The notes under the pieces: generated by a model
Databases searched by the model: none
Seen by the model: the letters and a program-made list of their open reading frames with translations, nothing else
Told to the model about the DNA's origin: nothing
NCBI GenBank assembly: GCA_945890715.1
Contig: CAMDCX010000006.1
Span: 3,497-67,496, forward strand
Direction: 5' to 3'
Length of the DNA: 64,000 nucleotides
DNA from: PVC group bacterium
Lineage (GTDB): Bacteria; Verrucomicrobiota; Kiritimatiellia; CAIKKV01; CAITUY01
Position numbers and translations under genes: made by a program
Shown: positions 26,363-35,917 of the stretch, piece by piece
Numbering within the stretch: position 1 is the first letter of the stretch
Layout: each line of letters begins with the position of its first letter

Positions 26363-27649
26363 ATGGCGAATCAAACAGCGGCATCCCTGGCAACCAGTTC
26401 AATGGATTTATCGACTTTGACCGTCTCTCCTGGAGACGGTTCCATCCTCCGTAGATTGGCCGGCCATGTGGCGGAATTAGCGGCGCGACCGGGTGAGGCG
26501 GTAAAGCGGGAACGGTGGACCCGGCACAATGATCTCGAGGCTGGTCTCCCCTTAATCTTCTGCGACCCTGAAAATGGATGGAATGAGATCGTCACCGACG
26601 CCAAAATGGAGTGCCAGGGCGAACTGGCCCGCCGGTGGGAGATGGCTCTGCGCAAGGAGGCCTTCTGGGGTGAATGCATGGGCGATGACAGGGTCGTTGA
26701 GCCCACTTTCAATGTCGGCCATGTCTATACTGAGAGCGATTGGGGCATGCACGAAAAGAAAGTCGGCGGCGACCATGGAGGTTCCTATGCCTGGGATGCC
26801 CCCCTGAAATCGTATGATGATTTCGATAAGCTCCGGTTCCCGGCCATCACGGTGGATCAAGCCGCCTCAGAGGCATTGCTTCAAACGGCGTCCGATTGTC
26901 TGGGTGATATCCTGAAAGTTCGCCGGCGTACCAGTTGGTGGTGGACGCTCGGGATGACCTGGACGTTAGCCAATATCCGGGGGCTGGAACAAATCATGAT
27001 CGATATGTATGACGAGCCGGAGAACCTGAAGCGGATCATGGATTTCCTGAGCCGGGGACATCTCGCCAAGCTGGATTTCCTTGAAAAGAACGGTCTCTTG
27101 TTCTCGAATGCCAATGACTCCTATGTTGGATCCGGCGGGTTCGGATATACCCGGCAGTTGCCGCAGGGCAAGACCCCCGTCACTACCCGCGACATGTGGG
27201 GATTTTGCGAGAGCCAGGAGACGACCAGTGTTTCGCCCGACATGTTTGCGGAGTTCATCTGGCCTTATCAGAAGCCCATTATGGAGCGGTTCGGCCTGAC
27301 TTGTTACGGGTGTTGTGAGCCGTTGGATCAGCGATGGCAAACCATCAAGGATGTGCCGGGGCTTCGCCGGATTTCGGTGTCACCCTGGGCCAATCCCGAG
27401 GTCATGGGGGAACATCTGGGAAGCCGATTCATCTTCTCCGGCAAGCCGAATCCCGCCCATCTCGCCGTTCCCCATCTCCATGAGACTGAAGTTCGCGCGG
27501 AACTTCGCAAGATCCTCACGGCGGCCCACCGGCATGGCTGCAGACTGGAGTTGATCATGAAGGACAACCACACCCTGGGCGGGAATCCCCTGAACGCGGT
27601 GAACTGGTGCAGGATGGCGCGCGAGGAAATTCGGAATATTTGGGAGTAA
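26363..27649 (+). CDS. hypothetical enzyme, possibly a distant URO-D-like TIM barrel
   Basis: RBS AAGGAG lies 7 nt before the ATG. The C-terminal half (LTCYGCCEPL...LRRISVSPWAN...FIFSGKPNP) parallels the layout of the upstream URO-D-like protein. The similarity is weak and judged by eye only. Confidence 0.45.
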   Translation: MANQTAASLATSSMDLSTLTVSPGDGSILRRLAGHVAELAARPGEAVKRERWTRHNDLEAGLPLIFCDPENGWNEIVTDAKMECQGELARRWEMALRKEAFWGECMGDDRVVEPTFNVGHVYTESDWGMHEKKVGGDHGGSYAWDAPLKSYDDFDKLRFPAITVDQAASEALLQTASDCLGDILKVRRRTSWWWTLGMTWTLANIRGLEQIMIDMYDEPENLKRIMDFLSRGHLAKLDFLEKNGLLFSNANDSYVGSGGFGYTRQLPQGKTPVTTRDMWGFCESQETTSVSPDMFAEFIWPYQKPIMERFGLTCYGCCEPLDQRWQTIKDVPGLRRISVSPWANPEVMGEHLGSRFIFSGKPNPAHLAVPHLHETEVRAELRKILTAAHRHGCRLELIMKDNHTLGGNPLNAVNWCRMAREEIRNIWE

Positions 27650-27655
27650 GTTACA

Positions 27656-29059
27656 ATGACACAGCACACAAGAGTCGATCAGGGCGAGGAAGGGACCGGG
27701 CGGGGGCATCGGATATACCTTTTGACCATCAGTCTCATAGCCGCGATGGGCGGCTTAATGTTCGGGTTTGATCTCGGGATCATCACCGGCGTCATCCCGT
27801 ACATCAAACATCAACTTGGGCTTAGCAGTCTGTCGCTGGGGTGGGTGGTTGCCATTTTCGAGTTGGGATGCATGTTTGGGGCGTTCGGCATTTCACGCTA
27901 TGCGGACAAGTATGGCCGCAAGAAGACGATGCTCGCCAATGCGTTTCTGCTGATCATTTCGTCGGTGGGGGCATCCTTGTCGCCCAATGCCATGATGTTG
28001 GCCACCTGGCGGTTTATCCAGGGACTCAGTGTCGGTGCGGCGTCGGTGCTGTCTCCGATGTACATTGCCGAGATCGCTCCGGCCAAGTCGCGTGGGAAGT
28101 ATGTTTCACTCAACCAGTTGACCATCATTCTCGGGATCCTGCTGGCCACTGTAAGCGGTTATGTTTTCGGTGATAAGAACATCGAAAGCCATGCCTGGCG
28201 TCTAATGCTGGGCTCCGCGTTTGCGCCCGCAGTCCTGTTTTTCGTGTGCCTGTTTTTCATTCCCGAGTCGCCCCGCTGGTTGGTCAAGGATGGCTGCGAC
28301 GAGGAAGCCCTGCGCGTGTTGGGCAGGATCGGGACATCCGGCCAGTTTGGTGAAATCAAGAGGACGTTGGCCGAAAACCACCGTCACGGGCACTACCGTG
28401 ACCTGTTGGCGCCCGGCCTGTTCACGGCGTTGATGGTGGGGGTCGGGTTGGCGATTCTGCAGCAGTTTAGCGGGTGCAACAATGTGACGACCTATATTCA
28501 GGTGATCTTCGAAAAGGCGAAGATCGAACTGACCGATGGACTGTTCAAGGGGATGTTCGTGGGCTTGGTGTTCTTCTTCTTTACCTTCCTGGCCATCGCC
28601 ACGATTGACCGTCTTGGGCGCAAGAAGTTGATGTTGATCGGTACGGCCCTGATGGGGGTCATCCTGTTTGCCCTGGCGTGGGCCTTCAGCCATATCGGTC
28701 AGCTGGAACTGGCGCATCAGGACACGGTGATGGCCGGACGTATCGTGTTTGTGCTGGTGCTTGCCTACATTGCGACCTTTGCTTTCACATTGGGGCCGGT
28801 CACCTGGGTCTTACTGTCTGAGATCTATCCCAACTTCATCCGCGAAAAGGCGTTGTCGATCGCCTCCTGCACGCTTTGGACGGCAACCTTCCTGGTGGTC
28901 CTCGTGACTCCCTACCTGCTGAATCTGAGTCCGGTGTTCAACTTTATCCTGTTCGGATCCATGAACGTGGTCGGGTTCTTCCTGGTATTGAAATGGCTTC
29001 CGGAAACCAAGGGGCGGTCGCTTGAGGACATGGATTCGCTTTGGATCAAGCAAAAGTAA
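27656..29059 (+). CDS. MFS sugar porter
   Basis: GRKKTM, PESPRWL and PETKGRSLEDMD signatures with 12 TM segments. Confidence 0.85.
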   Translation: MTQHTRVDQGEEGTGRGHRIYLLTISLIAAMGGLMFGFDLGIITGVIPYIKHQLGLSSLSLGWVVAIFELGCMFGAFGISRYADKYGRKKTMLANAFLLIISSVGASLSPNAMMLATWRFIQGLSVGAASVLSPMYIAEIAPAKSRGKYVSLNQLTIILGILLATVSGYVFGDKNIESHAWRLMLGSAFAPAVLFFVCLFFIPESPRWLVKDGCDEEALRVLGRIGTSGQFGEIKRTLAENHRHGHYRDLLAPGLFTALMVGVGLAILQQFSGCNNVTTYIQVIFEKAKIELTDGLFKGMFVGLVFFFFTFLAIATIDRLGRKKLMLIGTALMGVILFALAWAFSHIGQLELAHQDTVMAGRIVFVLVLAYIATFAFTLGPVTWVLLSEIYPNFIREKALSIASCTLWTATFLVVLVTPYLLNLSPVFNFILFGSMNVVGFFLVLKWLPETKGRSLEDMDSLWIKQK

Positions 29060-29218
29060 GGCTCGCGTAAGTCCCTTACTGGTTGAATTCGTCGAATTAT
29101 GGCAACAATTTGGGCTTAAAGAGAGTTTGAACAGAAGTCGCAAAGATCGCGAAGGAGTATTGTTGTTCCGCCCGTGGCGGACAAAATCTTTACTAGGTAC
29201 AGAAAGGAAGGATGGGGT

Positions 29219-32200
29219 ATGCAACGATTCATTGTATTGATTGGGATGGCGTTGATGACGGGTGGGCTGGTTGCTTCGGGAGCGGAGCGTGAGCAGGCTG
29301 AACTGAGTGGCCCGGGCTGGCGCGTCTGGCTCGATGAAAAGGCGAAGTTTAAGGCGGATTCCCTTCATCTTCCTGAGGACGTGAATCTCAAGACCCTTCC
29401 CCTGAATCCCCCCACCGGTGGTTGGGCGACCCTGGCCGAAGGGCTTGGAAAACCCTGTGCGGTTCCCGCGTGTGTGGAGGAGGTTTTCAGCGGTGGAACA
29501 AATTCGTGGCGCTATCATGGGGTCAGTTGGTTCTGGCGGACCTTTGACGTGCCGCAGGCGTGGCAGGGGCAGCAGGTCTATCTTGAGGTCGAAAAGGCCC
29601 GGTTGCGGGTCGAGGTGTACGTCAACGATCAACTCGCGGGGTACGACCTGGTGGCCGAGACGCCGTTCCGGTTCGATGTGACGCCGTGGATCAAGTTCGG
29701 ACAGCAAAACCGTTTGGCCTTCCGGTTGACCAATCCCGGTGGTAACCGGGGGTTTGAGGATTTCGGCAATGTGGTCTGGGGAAAATACGCGTTCCCAGCG
29801 AGCCATGATTTCGCGGGAATCGGGGGGCGCGTGACGCTGGTAGCCAAGGCGCCTGTCCATATTGATGACGTCTTTGTCAGGAATGAGCTTCCTGCAGGCG
29901 CCCGAAACATCAACGTGATCGTGTCGATCAACAATACCAGCCCGGCGACGGTACGGCGGACAGTTTATGTGGCGGTTGGCGAAGGGAAGAAAAACCCGAT
30001 TGCCGTAAAGGAGGTTGTGGATGCAGAATTCCCTCCCGGCGAAACAACGGTGAAGGTGCCGCTCGCCGCGCCCGCCGCTAAACTTTGGGATATGGAGCAT
30101 CCCAATCTCTACACCTGCTCAGTTTCCCTCTTCGAGAATCAACACCAAATAACCGATAGTTATTCCCAGTCCTTCGGATTTCGTGTCTTTGAGGTGAAGG
30201 CCCCGGCTGGGGACCCCAACTTTTACCTGAACGGGAAACGGCTGCGGCTTCGCTCGGCCATCGACTGGGGATATTATGCCCTCACGGGGTTCTATCCCAC
30301 TGATGAGATGGCCAGCAAGAGTGTCGAGGCGGCCCGCGACATCGGGCACAACAGCATCAACTTCCATCGGCGCATTGGAGAGCCGCTGGTCTTCAAACAT
30401 GCCGATGAACGGGGCCTGTACCTTTACGAGGAGCCCGGGGGATTCCATCTCTTTCAGGGGGGCAATAATGTGCCCGACGGTTCATTCGCAGCCAAAGTGA
30501 TGATCGAGAAATGCCGTCGGATGTTCATCCGGGATCGGAATCATCCCAGTCTGCTGATTTACAATCTCTGCAATGAGGACAAAGGATGGAACGAGACCCG
30601 GAAGGCGGCCATGCTTCTGGCTCGCGATCTGGATGGGACGCGGTTCGTGTCAAACACCTCTGGATCGAAACGCCGCCCGATCAACCATGTGCGGCCCTAT
30701 GAAACGGTCATCCGTACGGACTTCCGCGATGACCACACGGTCCAATCCCATTCCCGCTTTTCTGAAAAAGACCTTTTGTCCCACCAGGAACAGTTCCCGT
30801 CGAATTTAGTCTATTGGGGTGAAGTCCGTTGTTACACCGGCCCTGCGAATTGGGTGGATGTAGCGGGGGATCAGACCGCGAGGCCGGACGGGAGGCCGGG
30901 ATACGACGTGAACCTCTATGCTCCCATGGCGGGGAAGATTGCGGCCTATTACCGTGATTGCCGCCTGTCGAAAATCGGAAGCAGGGCGATTCAATCGCCG
31001 TCCGCTGTGTCGCGTCAGGCCGGGCGGGGGCTCATGTATATAGATGGCCGCCTTGGACAGGCGATCATGTCAAACGACGGGGCCGACGGCTATGCCATCA
31101 ACGGCTGGAGCGCAGGACCCCAGTTGCCGGATGCGTGGGATTCCGCCATTTGCGATGAGGGTCGCAATCTCAAGGGGCCTGCATCCGATTTCGCATACTG
31201 GACCCGCCCGCTTCAGTTGGTTATCACCCGGCGGGGGGGCAAAGCGTTCAAGCCCGGGGACAAGGCGGATTTCAACCTGGCGTTGATCAACGAGAATCGC
31301 CTGCCGGCCGGGGATTATACCCTGGTGTTATCGGTCAAGGACGGCGCGGGCTCCGAGTGCGGTACAGTGGCGGAGCGATCGATTAAGGTGGCGGGCGGGG
31401 ATGTCTACGCGCAAAAGTTGGAGCCCCTAAACCTGCTGCTGAATCCCGGATGGCATGGCGGACATATCACCGTGAAGGGATCCCTTCAGAAAGACGGGAA
31501 GACCGTGGCGGAGGGGGCCGAACAGGTATTGCTGATGAATCGGTCATCCTATCAGTCCGATTTAAAAGGCATCCCGTGTGCGGTAATGGGGTGGCCGGCG
31601 GCGAAGCAGGCACTGGCGGATGCGGGTGTGACGGCGCCGGAGTATGCCGTTGGTACCAAGGCGAAGTGTATCCTTGCCGGCCCGGCGCCGGCGGATCAGG
31701 CGCTTGTGGACGATATGCTCAAGGCTGTCCGGAAGCGTGGTACAACCCTGATCATCCGGATGGATGAGGCGTGGGCCGCACGGCTGCACGAGAAGGGACT
31801 GCTGTCCGAACCGGTGACCCAATGGGGTGGGGAACAGACCGGGCATTGGAATGGCAATGGCTGGGGGTATCTCGATCATTTCGTCGGGAATCAGTCCATA
31901 CCCTGCGGGACAACGATCGGGACGACCAGTTGGGAAGTCCCCGGCGATCCCCGGGGATTCGGTCCCTTCGTCAGCGATCTGCCCCGGGGCGCCTATGGCG
32001 CCTATCTGGCGCGCAAGGAGGGTCCCGCGAACCCCACGAAGCCCGATCAAAAGCGTCGTGTGCCGTTGGTGACGGACGATACGCTTCTGGTGCTGATCGG
32101 TACGCTGGATTATGGCAAGGGCAAGCTCGTGCTTCAGGCCGCGTATCCGGTGGATGGGGAGAACGCGTTTTGCGACATGTTGTTTTATAACCTGATTTCA

Positions 32201-32224
32201 ATGGGTGTGCACCACAACTGGTAA
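29219..32224 (+). CDS. secreted glycoside hydrolase family 2-like protein
   Basis: Signal peptide (MQRFIVLIGMALMTGG). GH2 sugar-binding-domain-like WRTFDVPQAWQGQQVYLEVEKARLRVEVYVND. TIM-barrel acid/base region NHPSLLIYNLCNE. Large C-terminal extension. Confidence 0.7.
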   Translation: MQRFIVLIGMALMTGGLVASGAEREQAELSGPGWRVWLDEKAKFKADSLHLPEDVNLKTLPLNPPTGGWATLAEGLGKPCAVPACVEEVFSGGTNSWRYHGVSWFWRTFDVPQAWQGQQVYLEVEKARLRVEVYVNDQLAGYDLVAETPFRFDVTPWIKFGQQNRLAFRLTNPGGNRGFEDFGNVVWGKYAFPASHDFAGIGGRVTLVAKAPVHIDDVFVRNELPAGARNINVIVSINNTSPATVRRTVYVAVGEGKKNPIAVKEVVDAEFPPGETTVKVPLAAPAAKLWDMEHPNLYTCSVSLFENQHQITDSYSQSFGFRVFEVKAPAGDPNFYLNGKRLRLRSAIDWGYYALTGFYPTDEMASKSVEAARDIGHNSINFHRRIGEPLVFKHADERGLYLYEEPGGFHLFQGGNNVPDGSFAAKVMIEKCRRMFIRDRNHPSLLIYNLCNEDKGWNETRKAAMLLARDLDGTRFVSNTSGSKRRPINHVRPYETVIRTDFRDDHTVQSHSRFSEKDLLSHQEQFPSNLVYWGEVRCYTGPANWVDVAGDQTARPDGRPGYDVNLYAPMAGKIAAYYRDCRLSKIGSRAIQSPSAVSRQAGRGLMYIDGRLGQAIMSNDGADGYAINGWSAGPQLPDAWDSAICDEGRNLKGPASDFAYWTRPLQLVITRRGGKAFKPGDKADFNLALINENRLPAGDYTLVLSVKDGAGSECGTVAERSIKVAGGDVYAQKLEPLNLLLNPGWHGGHITVKGSLQKDGKTVAEGAEQVLLMNRSSYQSDLKGIPCAVMGWPAAKQALADAGVTAPEYAVGTKAKCILAGPAPADQALVDDMLKAVRKRGTTLIIRMDEAWAARLHEKGLLSEPVTQWGGEQTGHWNGNGWGYLDHFVGNQSIPCGTTIGTTSWEVPGDPRGFGPFVSDLPRGAYGAYLARKEGPANPTKPDQKRRVPLVTDDTLLVLIGTLDYGKGKLVLQAAYPVDGENAFCDMLFYNLISMGVHHNW

Positions 32225-32258
32225 CAGATAAGGTTGGTATTGGTGTCTATGTTGGCGA

Positions 32259-33179
32259 TCAGCGTTTGTGCCCACTATGCATGAGGAGCCGATTCACATC
32301 GGAGCGGCGAATGACACCTGCGGTTTCCGTCAGGGAATTGGCCGTGCCACAGACGACTCCCAGTTGCAATGCCTCATTCAGGGTTTTGCCACGCATCAGG
32401 CCAACTGCGATTCCCGCCATCATGGCGTCCCCGCAGCCTGTTGAATTCACCACATTGATTTTCGGCGGGGTGATTTTCCAGGAATCCTTCCCGTCAAAAG
32501 CGATGGCGGGTTTGGAGCCTTGTGTGATGACGATCCGTTTGGCGCCCCATTTCACAAGTTCCTTGATGCCGCGTGCCAGATTGGGTGTTCCTGTGGCTTC
32601 AGCGAGTTCTGCGCGGTTGATTTTGACCAGACTGGGGCACTCCCGGATGGCCTGGATCAAAAGATCCCTCTGAGCATCCATGAGTACCGGAAGGTTGAGT
32701 CGATTCGCTTGTCGCACCAAGTCGGCGTAAAACCCATTGCCGCACCCTTTGGGGACGGTGCCGATCAAGACAACCATGGAGGCCTGTCGGAGTGCGCTCG
32801 AATAGGCGGATAGAAAGGCCGTGATCTCGATAGGACTCAGGGCAGGGGATTCCTCCACAATTTCCGTGATGAGAGGCGACGGAGCGTTGGAGCACCCGAT
32901 CAAAGTTTGGCAGAGTCGTGTTTCCCCTGCCGTGGAAATAATTGTGGCAGGAACACGATCCGCTTTCAGCGCTTTCCGGAATAACACGCCTCGGGCTCCA
33001 CCCGCTGTAGTGAGAAGCCGGACTTTTGCGCCAAGTTGCGTTGCCACGCGCGCCACATTGACGCCTTTCCCTGATGCCGTTTCGAGCCCCTGCGTCGCGC
33101 GATTGACTTCTCCTGGTGAAAATTCCCGGAAGAACAGGGTGCGTTGCCAGCTTGACGATAGACAGACCACTAAAATCAT
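32259..33179 (-). CDS. PfkB-family sugar-phosphate kinase (1-phosphofructokinase / tagatose-6-phosphate kinase-like)
   Basis: GKGVNVARV and C-terminal NSTGCGDAMMAG PfkB signatures. Start set at MILVVCLSSSW. Confidence 0.8.
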   Translation of the reverse strand: MILVVCLSSSWQRTLFFREFSPGEVNRATQGLETASGKGVNVARVATQLGAKVRLLTTAGGARGVLFRKALKADRVPATIISTAGETRLCQTLIGCSNAPSPLITEIVEESPALSPIEITAFLSAYSSALRQASMVVLIGTVPKGCGNGFYADLVRQANRLNLPVLMDAQRDLLIQAIRECPSLVKINRAELAEATGTPNLARGIKELVKWGAKRIVITQGSKPAIAFDGKDSWKITPPKINVVNSTGCGDAMMAGIAVGLMRGKTLNEALQLGVVCGTANSLTETAGVIRRSDVNRLLMHSGHKR

Positions 33180-33192
33180 CTCGCCACTCCGA

Positions 33193-34539
33193 TCAATATT
33201 GGTATTCACTCCCGCCGATAAATTCACGCAAAAGTGAATTTCCCGGAATAATCCGGTCGTCCTGGACCGCCTCGATGGGTGCCAGAAGGTCATGAACCCG
33301 CTTGGCCCGTACAAAGGCGTCCTGCCGGTTCGGATCCTGGCGGAAACGTTCCATGGCTTCTGGAATGAAGTCCCACAGCCGTGCCTTCAAAACGGGAAGT
33401 TCATAGGGCAGTGCGGTATTCAGCACAAAATCAGCATGGGCAATGAACGGAATGATGTATTTGAGCTCGCTGCGCCGGACATAGTGCCAGTGGGTGAGCG
33501 TTCCCATCGGCTGAAGATTGCGGTGTTCTTTGTCACGGAGCATGCGTCGTATAAGCCGGTTATCGGCCCACCTCATGAACGTGCCGTCGGCTGTCCGTAA
33601 TTGGCCCAGGGTTTCGACATAAAGTCGGTATTTATGGATTGCGGGAACCGCTCGGGTCATGTCGTCATAAAGGCCATGAAGGCTGTCGAGCAGGAGGATT
33701 TCATTGTCAGCCAGACGCATTTCATTGACATCCAGCGTCCGGATTCCTGTCTTGAAGTTGTAGAAGGGTGTTTTAACCGTTTTCCCGGCAAGCAGATCAG
33801 CCAGATGGGTATTGATCAAATCGAGGTCGAGGGACTGGGGACTCTCATAGTCATAATCCCCGAACTCATCCCGCGGGTGCTTAAAGAGGTCGAAGAAGTA
33901 GTTGTCGATGTTGATAGCCTTGAGACTCAGGCCCACCGCCTGGAGGGCTTCCCCGATCTTAATGGTGGTGGTGGTCTTGCCAGAGGAGGAGGGGCCGGCG
34001 ATGATCACCAGCCGGAGATCCTTAGCTCTTGCGAGCATGGCCTCGGCGGCTAGCGCGGCCTCTGCAGCGAACCGGTCTTCCGCCGCCCGGACGAGATCGG
34101 CAAAGTGTCCTTTGCGGATAAGGTCATTCAAGGATTCGACACTCTCACAGCGATGAGCCATGTTCCAAAGCAGGACCTCGTAAATCTTCTTATAGGGAAT
34201 GTTATCCGTCACTTCAAAGGAATAGGCCTTGGTGGCTCGAAGCATGGCGCGTTCCCGGCGATAGGAGATGTAATTCTGCGCCAGCTTGGTTTGCCGGTTT
34301 TCGATCAGGACCTTTTCGACAATGTCCTGGATGTCCTCAACCGAGGGCAGCATATCGCCATGATAGGCGGCAATCAGGGTTTCCTCGACTTGTGCCGACA
34401 GGGATTCCGCCAGTGTCCGGTCGGGTGTTTTGGCCGAGGCGGTCGCCTTGAAAATCGCCGTGGTGATGCGCTCGCGGTCATAAGCCACCAGATTGCCGTT
34501 TCGCTTGACGATTGAGGGAAGTGTGCCAGCCGTTGACAT
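33193..34539 (-). CDS. ATP-cone domain fused to a uridine-kinase/PRK-like P-loop kinase
   Basis: The N-terminal VKRNGNLVAYDRERITTAIFKA resembles an ATP-cone. The central Walker A motif is IIAGPSSSGKTTT. Start set at MSTAG. Confidence 0.7.
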   Translation of the reverse strand: MSTAGTLPSIVKRNGNLVAYDRERITTAIFKATASAKTPDRTLAESLSAQVEETLIAAYHGDMLPSVEDIQDIVEKVLIENRQTKLAQNYISYRRERAMLRATKAYSFEVTDNIPYKKIYEVLLWNMAHRCESVESLNDLIRKGHFADLVRAAEDRFAAEAALAAEAMLARAKDLRLVIIAGPSSSGKTTTTIKIGEALQAVGLSLKAINIDNYFFDLFKHPRDEFGDYDYESPQSLDLDLINTHLADLLAGKTVKTPFYNFKTGIRTLDVNEMRLADNEILLLDSLHGLYDDMTRAVPAIHKYRLYVETLGQLRTADGTFMRWADNRLIRRMLRDKEHRNLQPMGTLTHWHYVRRSELKYIIPFIAHADFVLNTALPYELPVLKARLWDFIPEAMERFRQDPNRQDAFVRAKRVHDLLAPIEAVQDDRIIPGNSLLREFIGGSEYQY

Positions 34540-34598
34540 GCCTAGAGGAATACAAAACAGTTGATGAGAAAGCAAGAGAGGAGCCATAATGGCCGCCT

Positions 34599-35603
34599 AT
34601 GACTACATACCATGATGCGAAACATGATTGGGTTGCCATGAGCCGCCGTGTGTTGACTGGAGACGAAATCCGGCGTGACGAGGCCTTGGCGATTCTTCAG
34701 TCCGACGAAAATGAACTCCTGAATGTGTTGCAGGCCGCATTCTTGGTTCGCCTGCGGCATTTTGGCCGGAAAGTCAGCCTGCATGTCATCCGTAACGCCA
34801 AAAGCGGGGGCTGCAGTGAGGATTGCGCCTATTGCAGTCAATCCAGCGCCAGCACAGGCGATGTGCCCTGTTATCCGCTTCAGAGCGAGGAGGAGTTGCT
34901 TCAGGGAGCGAAAGAAGCCCAGGCGATGGGTGCCATCCGCTATTGCATTGTCTCCAGCGGCCGGTCCCCGGTCCGGGAGGATCTTGACCGCATCATCCGG
35001 GCGGTCCGACGGATTAAGCGTGAGTTCCCCCTGTCAATTTGTGTGTCACTGGGAATCCTGAGTGATGAGCAGGCGGCGGAACTCAAGGCCGCCGGGGTCG
35101 ACCGGTACAACCACAATCTTGAATCCTCGGAACGGTTCTTTCCATCCATTTGCACGACCCACTCCTACGCTGAACGAAAGGCTACGGCAGCACGGGTGAA
35201 GGCGGCCGGCATGGAGCTTTGCAGTGGCGGCCTGATGGGCATGGGCGAGACTCTGGAGGATCGGGTGGATCTGGCGTTGGCCATGCGGGGCGTAAAAGCG
35301 GATTCCATCCCCTTGAACTTTCTGGATCCCCGGCCGGGAACGGGTCTTATGAATCGTCCCCGAATTTCATCGGGCGATGTGTTACGCACCCTGGCCATGT
35401 TCCGGTTTGTTCATCCCGCCCGGGAGATCAGGATTGCCGGAGGACGGGAAGCCTGTCTCGGGCCACTGCAGGTGCTGGCGCTCTACCCGGCAAACTCGAT
35501 GTTTACCTCAGGCTATCTGACCACGCCGGGGCAAGGCTATCAAGCGGACAGGCGGATGCTGGACATGGCCGGGTTCGAGGTGGTTGAGATCACGGATGCG
35601 TGA
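34599..35603 (+). CDS. bioB: biotin synthase
   Basis: Radical-SAM CSEDCAYCSQS motif. BioB-like length and C-terminal region. Confidence 0.9.
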   Translation: MTTYHDAKHDWVAMSRRVLTGDEIRRDEALAILQSDENELLNVLQAAFLVRLRHFGRKVSLHVIRNAKSGGCSEDCAYCSQSSASTGDVPCYPLQSEEELLQGAKEAQAMGAIRYCIVSSGRSPVREDLDRIIRAVRRIKREFPLSICVSLGILSDEQAAELKAAGVDRYNHNLESSERFFPSICTTHSYAERKATAARVKAAGMELCSGGLMGMGETLEDRVDLALAMRGVKADSIPLNFLDPRPGTGLMNRPRISSGDVLRTLAMFRFVHPAREIRIAGGREACLGPLQVLALYPANSMFTSGYLTTPGQGYQADRRMLDMAGFEVVEITDA

Positions 35604-35610
35604 TCTCAAC

Positions 35611-35913
35611 TCACACGTTTGGTGAGTAGTGTTCCTTGTGCGCGATGATGCACTTCTTGGGACACACTTCGATGCAATATCCGCAGATGATGCAGGAGTA
35701 GGGGTTCAAGGTCCACGACTTGGGGTCGCGGGTCACCTTGAGTGCGTTTGCCGGGCACCGTTTCTCGCAGGCGCCACAGAAAATGCACTTATCAATCTCG
35801 ATGTCGATCCGTCCCCGTGTTCCCTCGGGTAACTCCCGTTTCACAAAGGGATAACGAAGACACTCGGAGGGACTCGTAAGCTTTCGGAAAATACTATTGA
35901 TGAGGTTAACCAT
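35611..35913 (-). CDS. echF: Ech hydrogenase subunit F (2x[4Fe-4S] ferredoxin, NuoI-like)
   Basis: CIFCGACEKRCP and CIICGYCIEVCP. Start set at MVNLIN, 5 nt after the echE stop. Confidence 0.8.
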   Translation of the reverse strand: MVNLINSIFRKLTSPSECLRYPFVKRELPEGTRGRIDIEIDKCIFCGACEKRCPANALKVTRDPKSWTLNPYSCIICGYCIEVCPKKCIIAHKEHYSPNV

Positions 35914-35917
35914 GATT

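Noticed and set aside
28811-30100. 429-aa minus-strand ORF spanning the MFS 3' end, the intergenic gap and the GH2 5' end.
   Set aside because: It is antisense to two well-supported genes. Its composition is Arg/Pro/His-rich and of low information, typical of spurious antisense ORFs in GC-rich DNA. It also crosses a non-coding gap without any start context.
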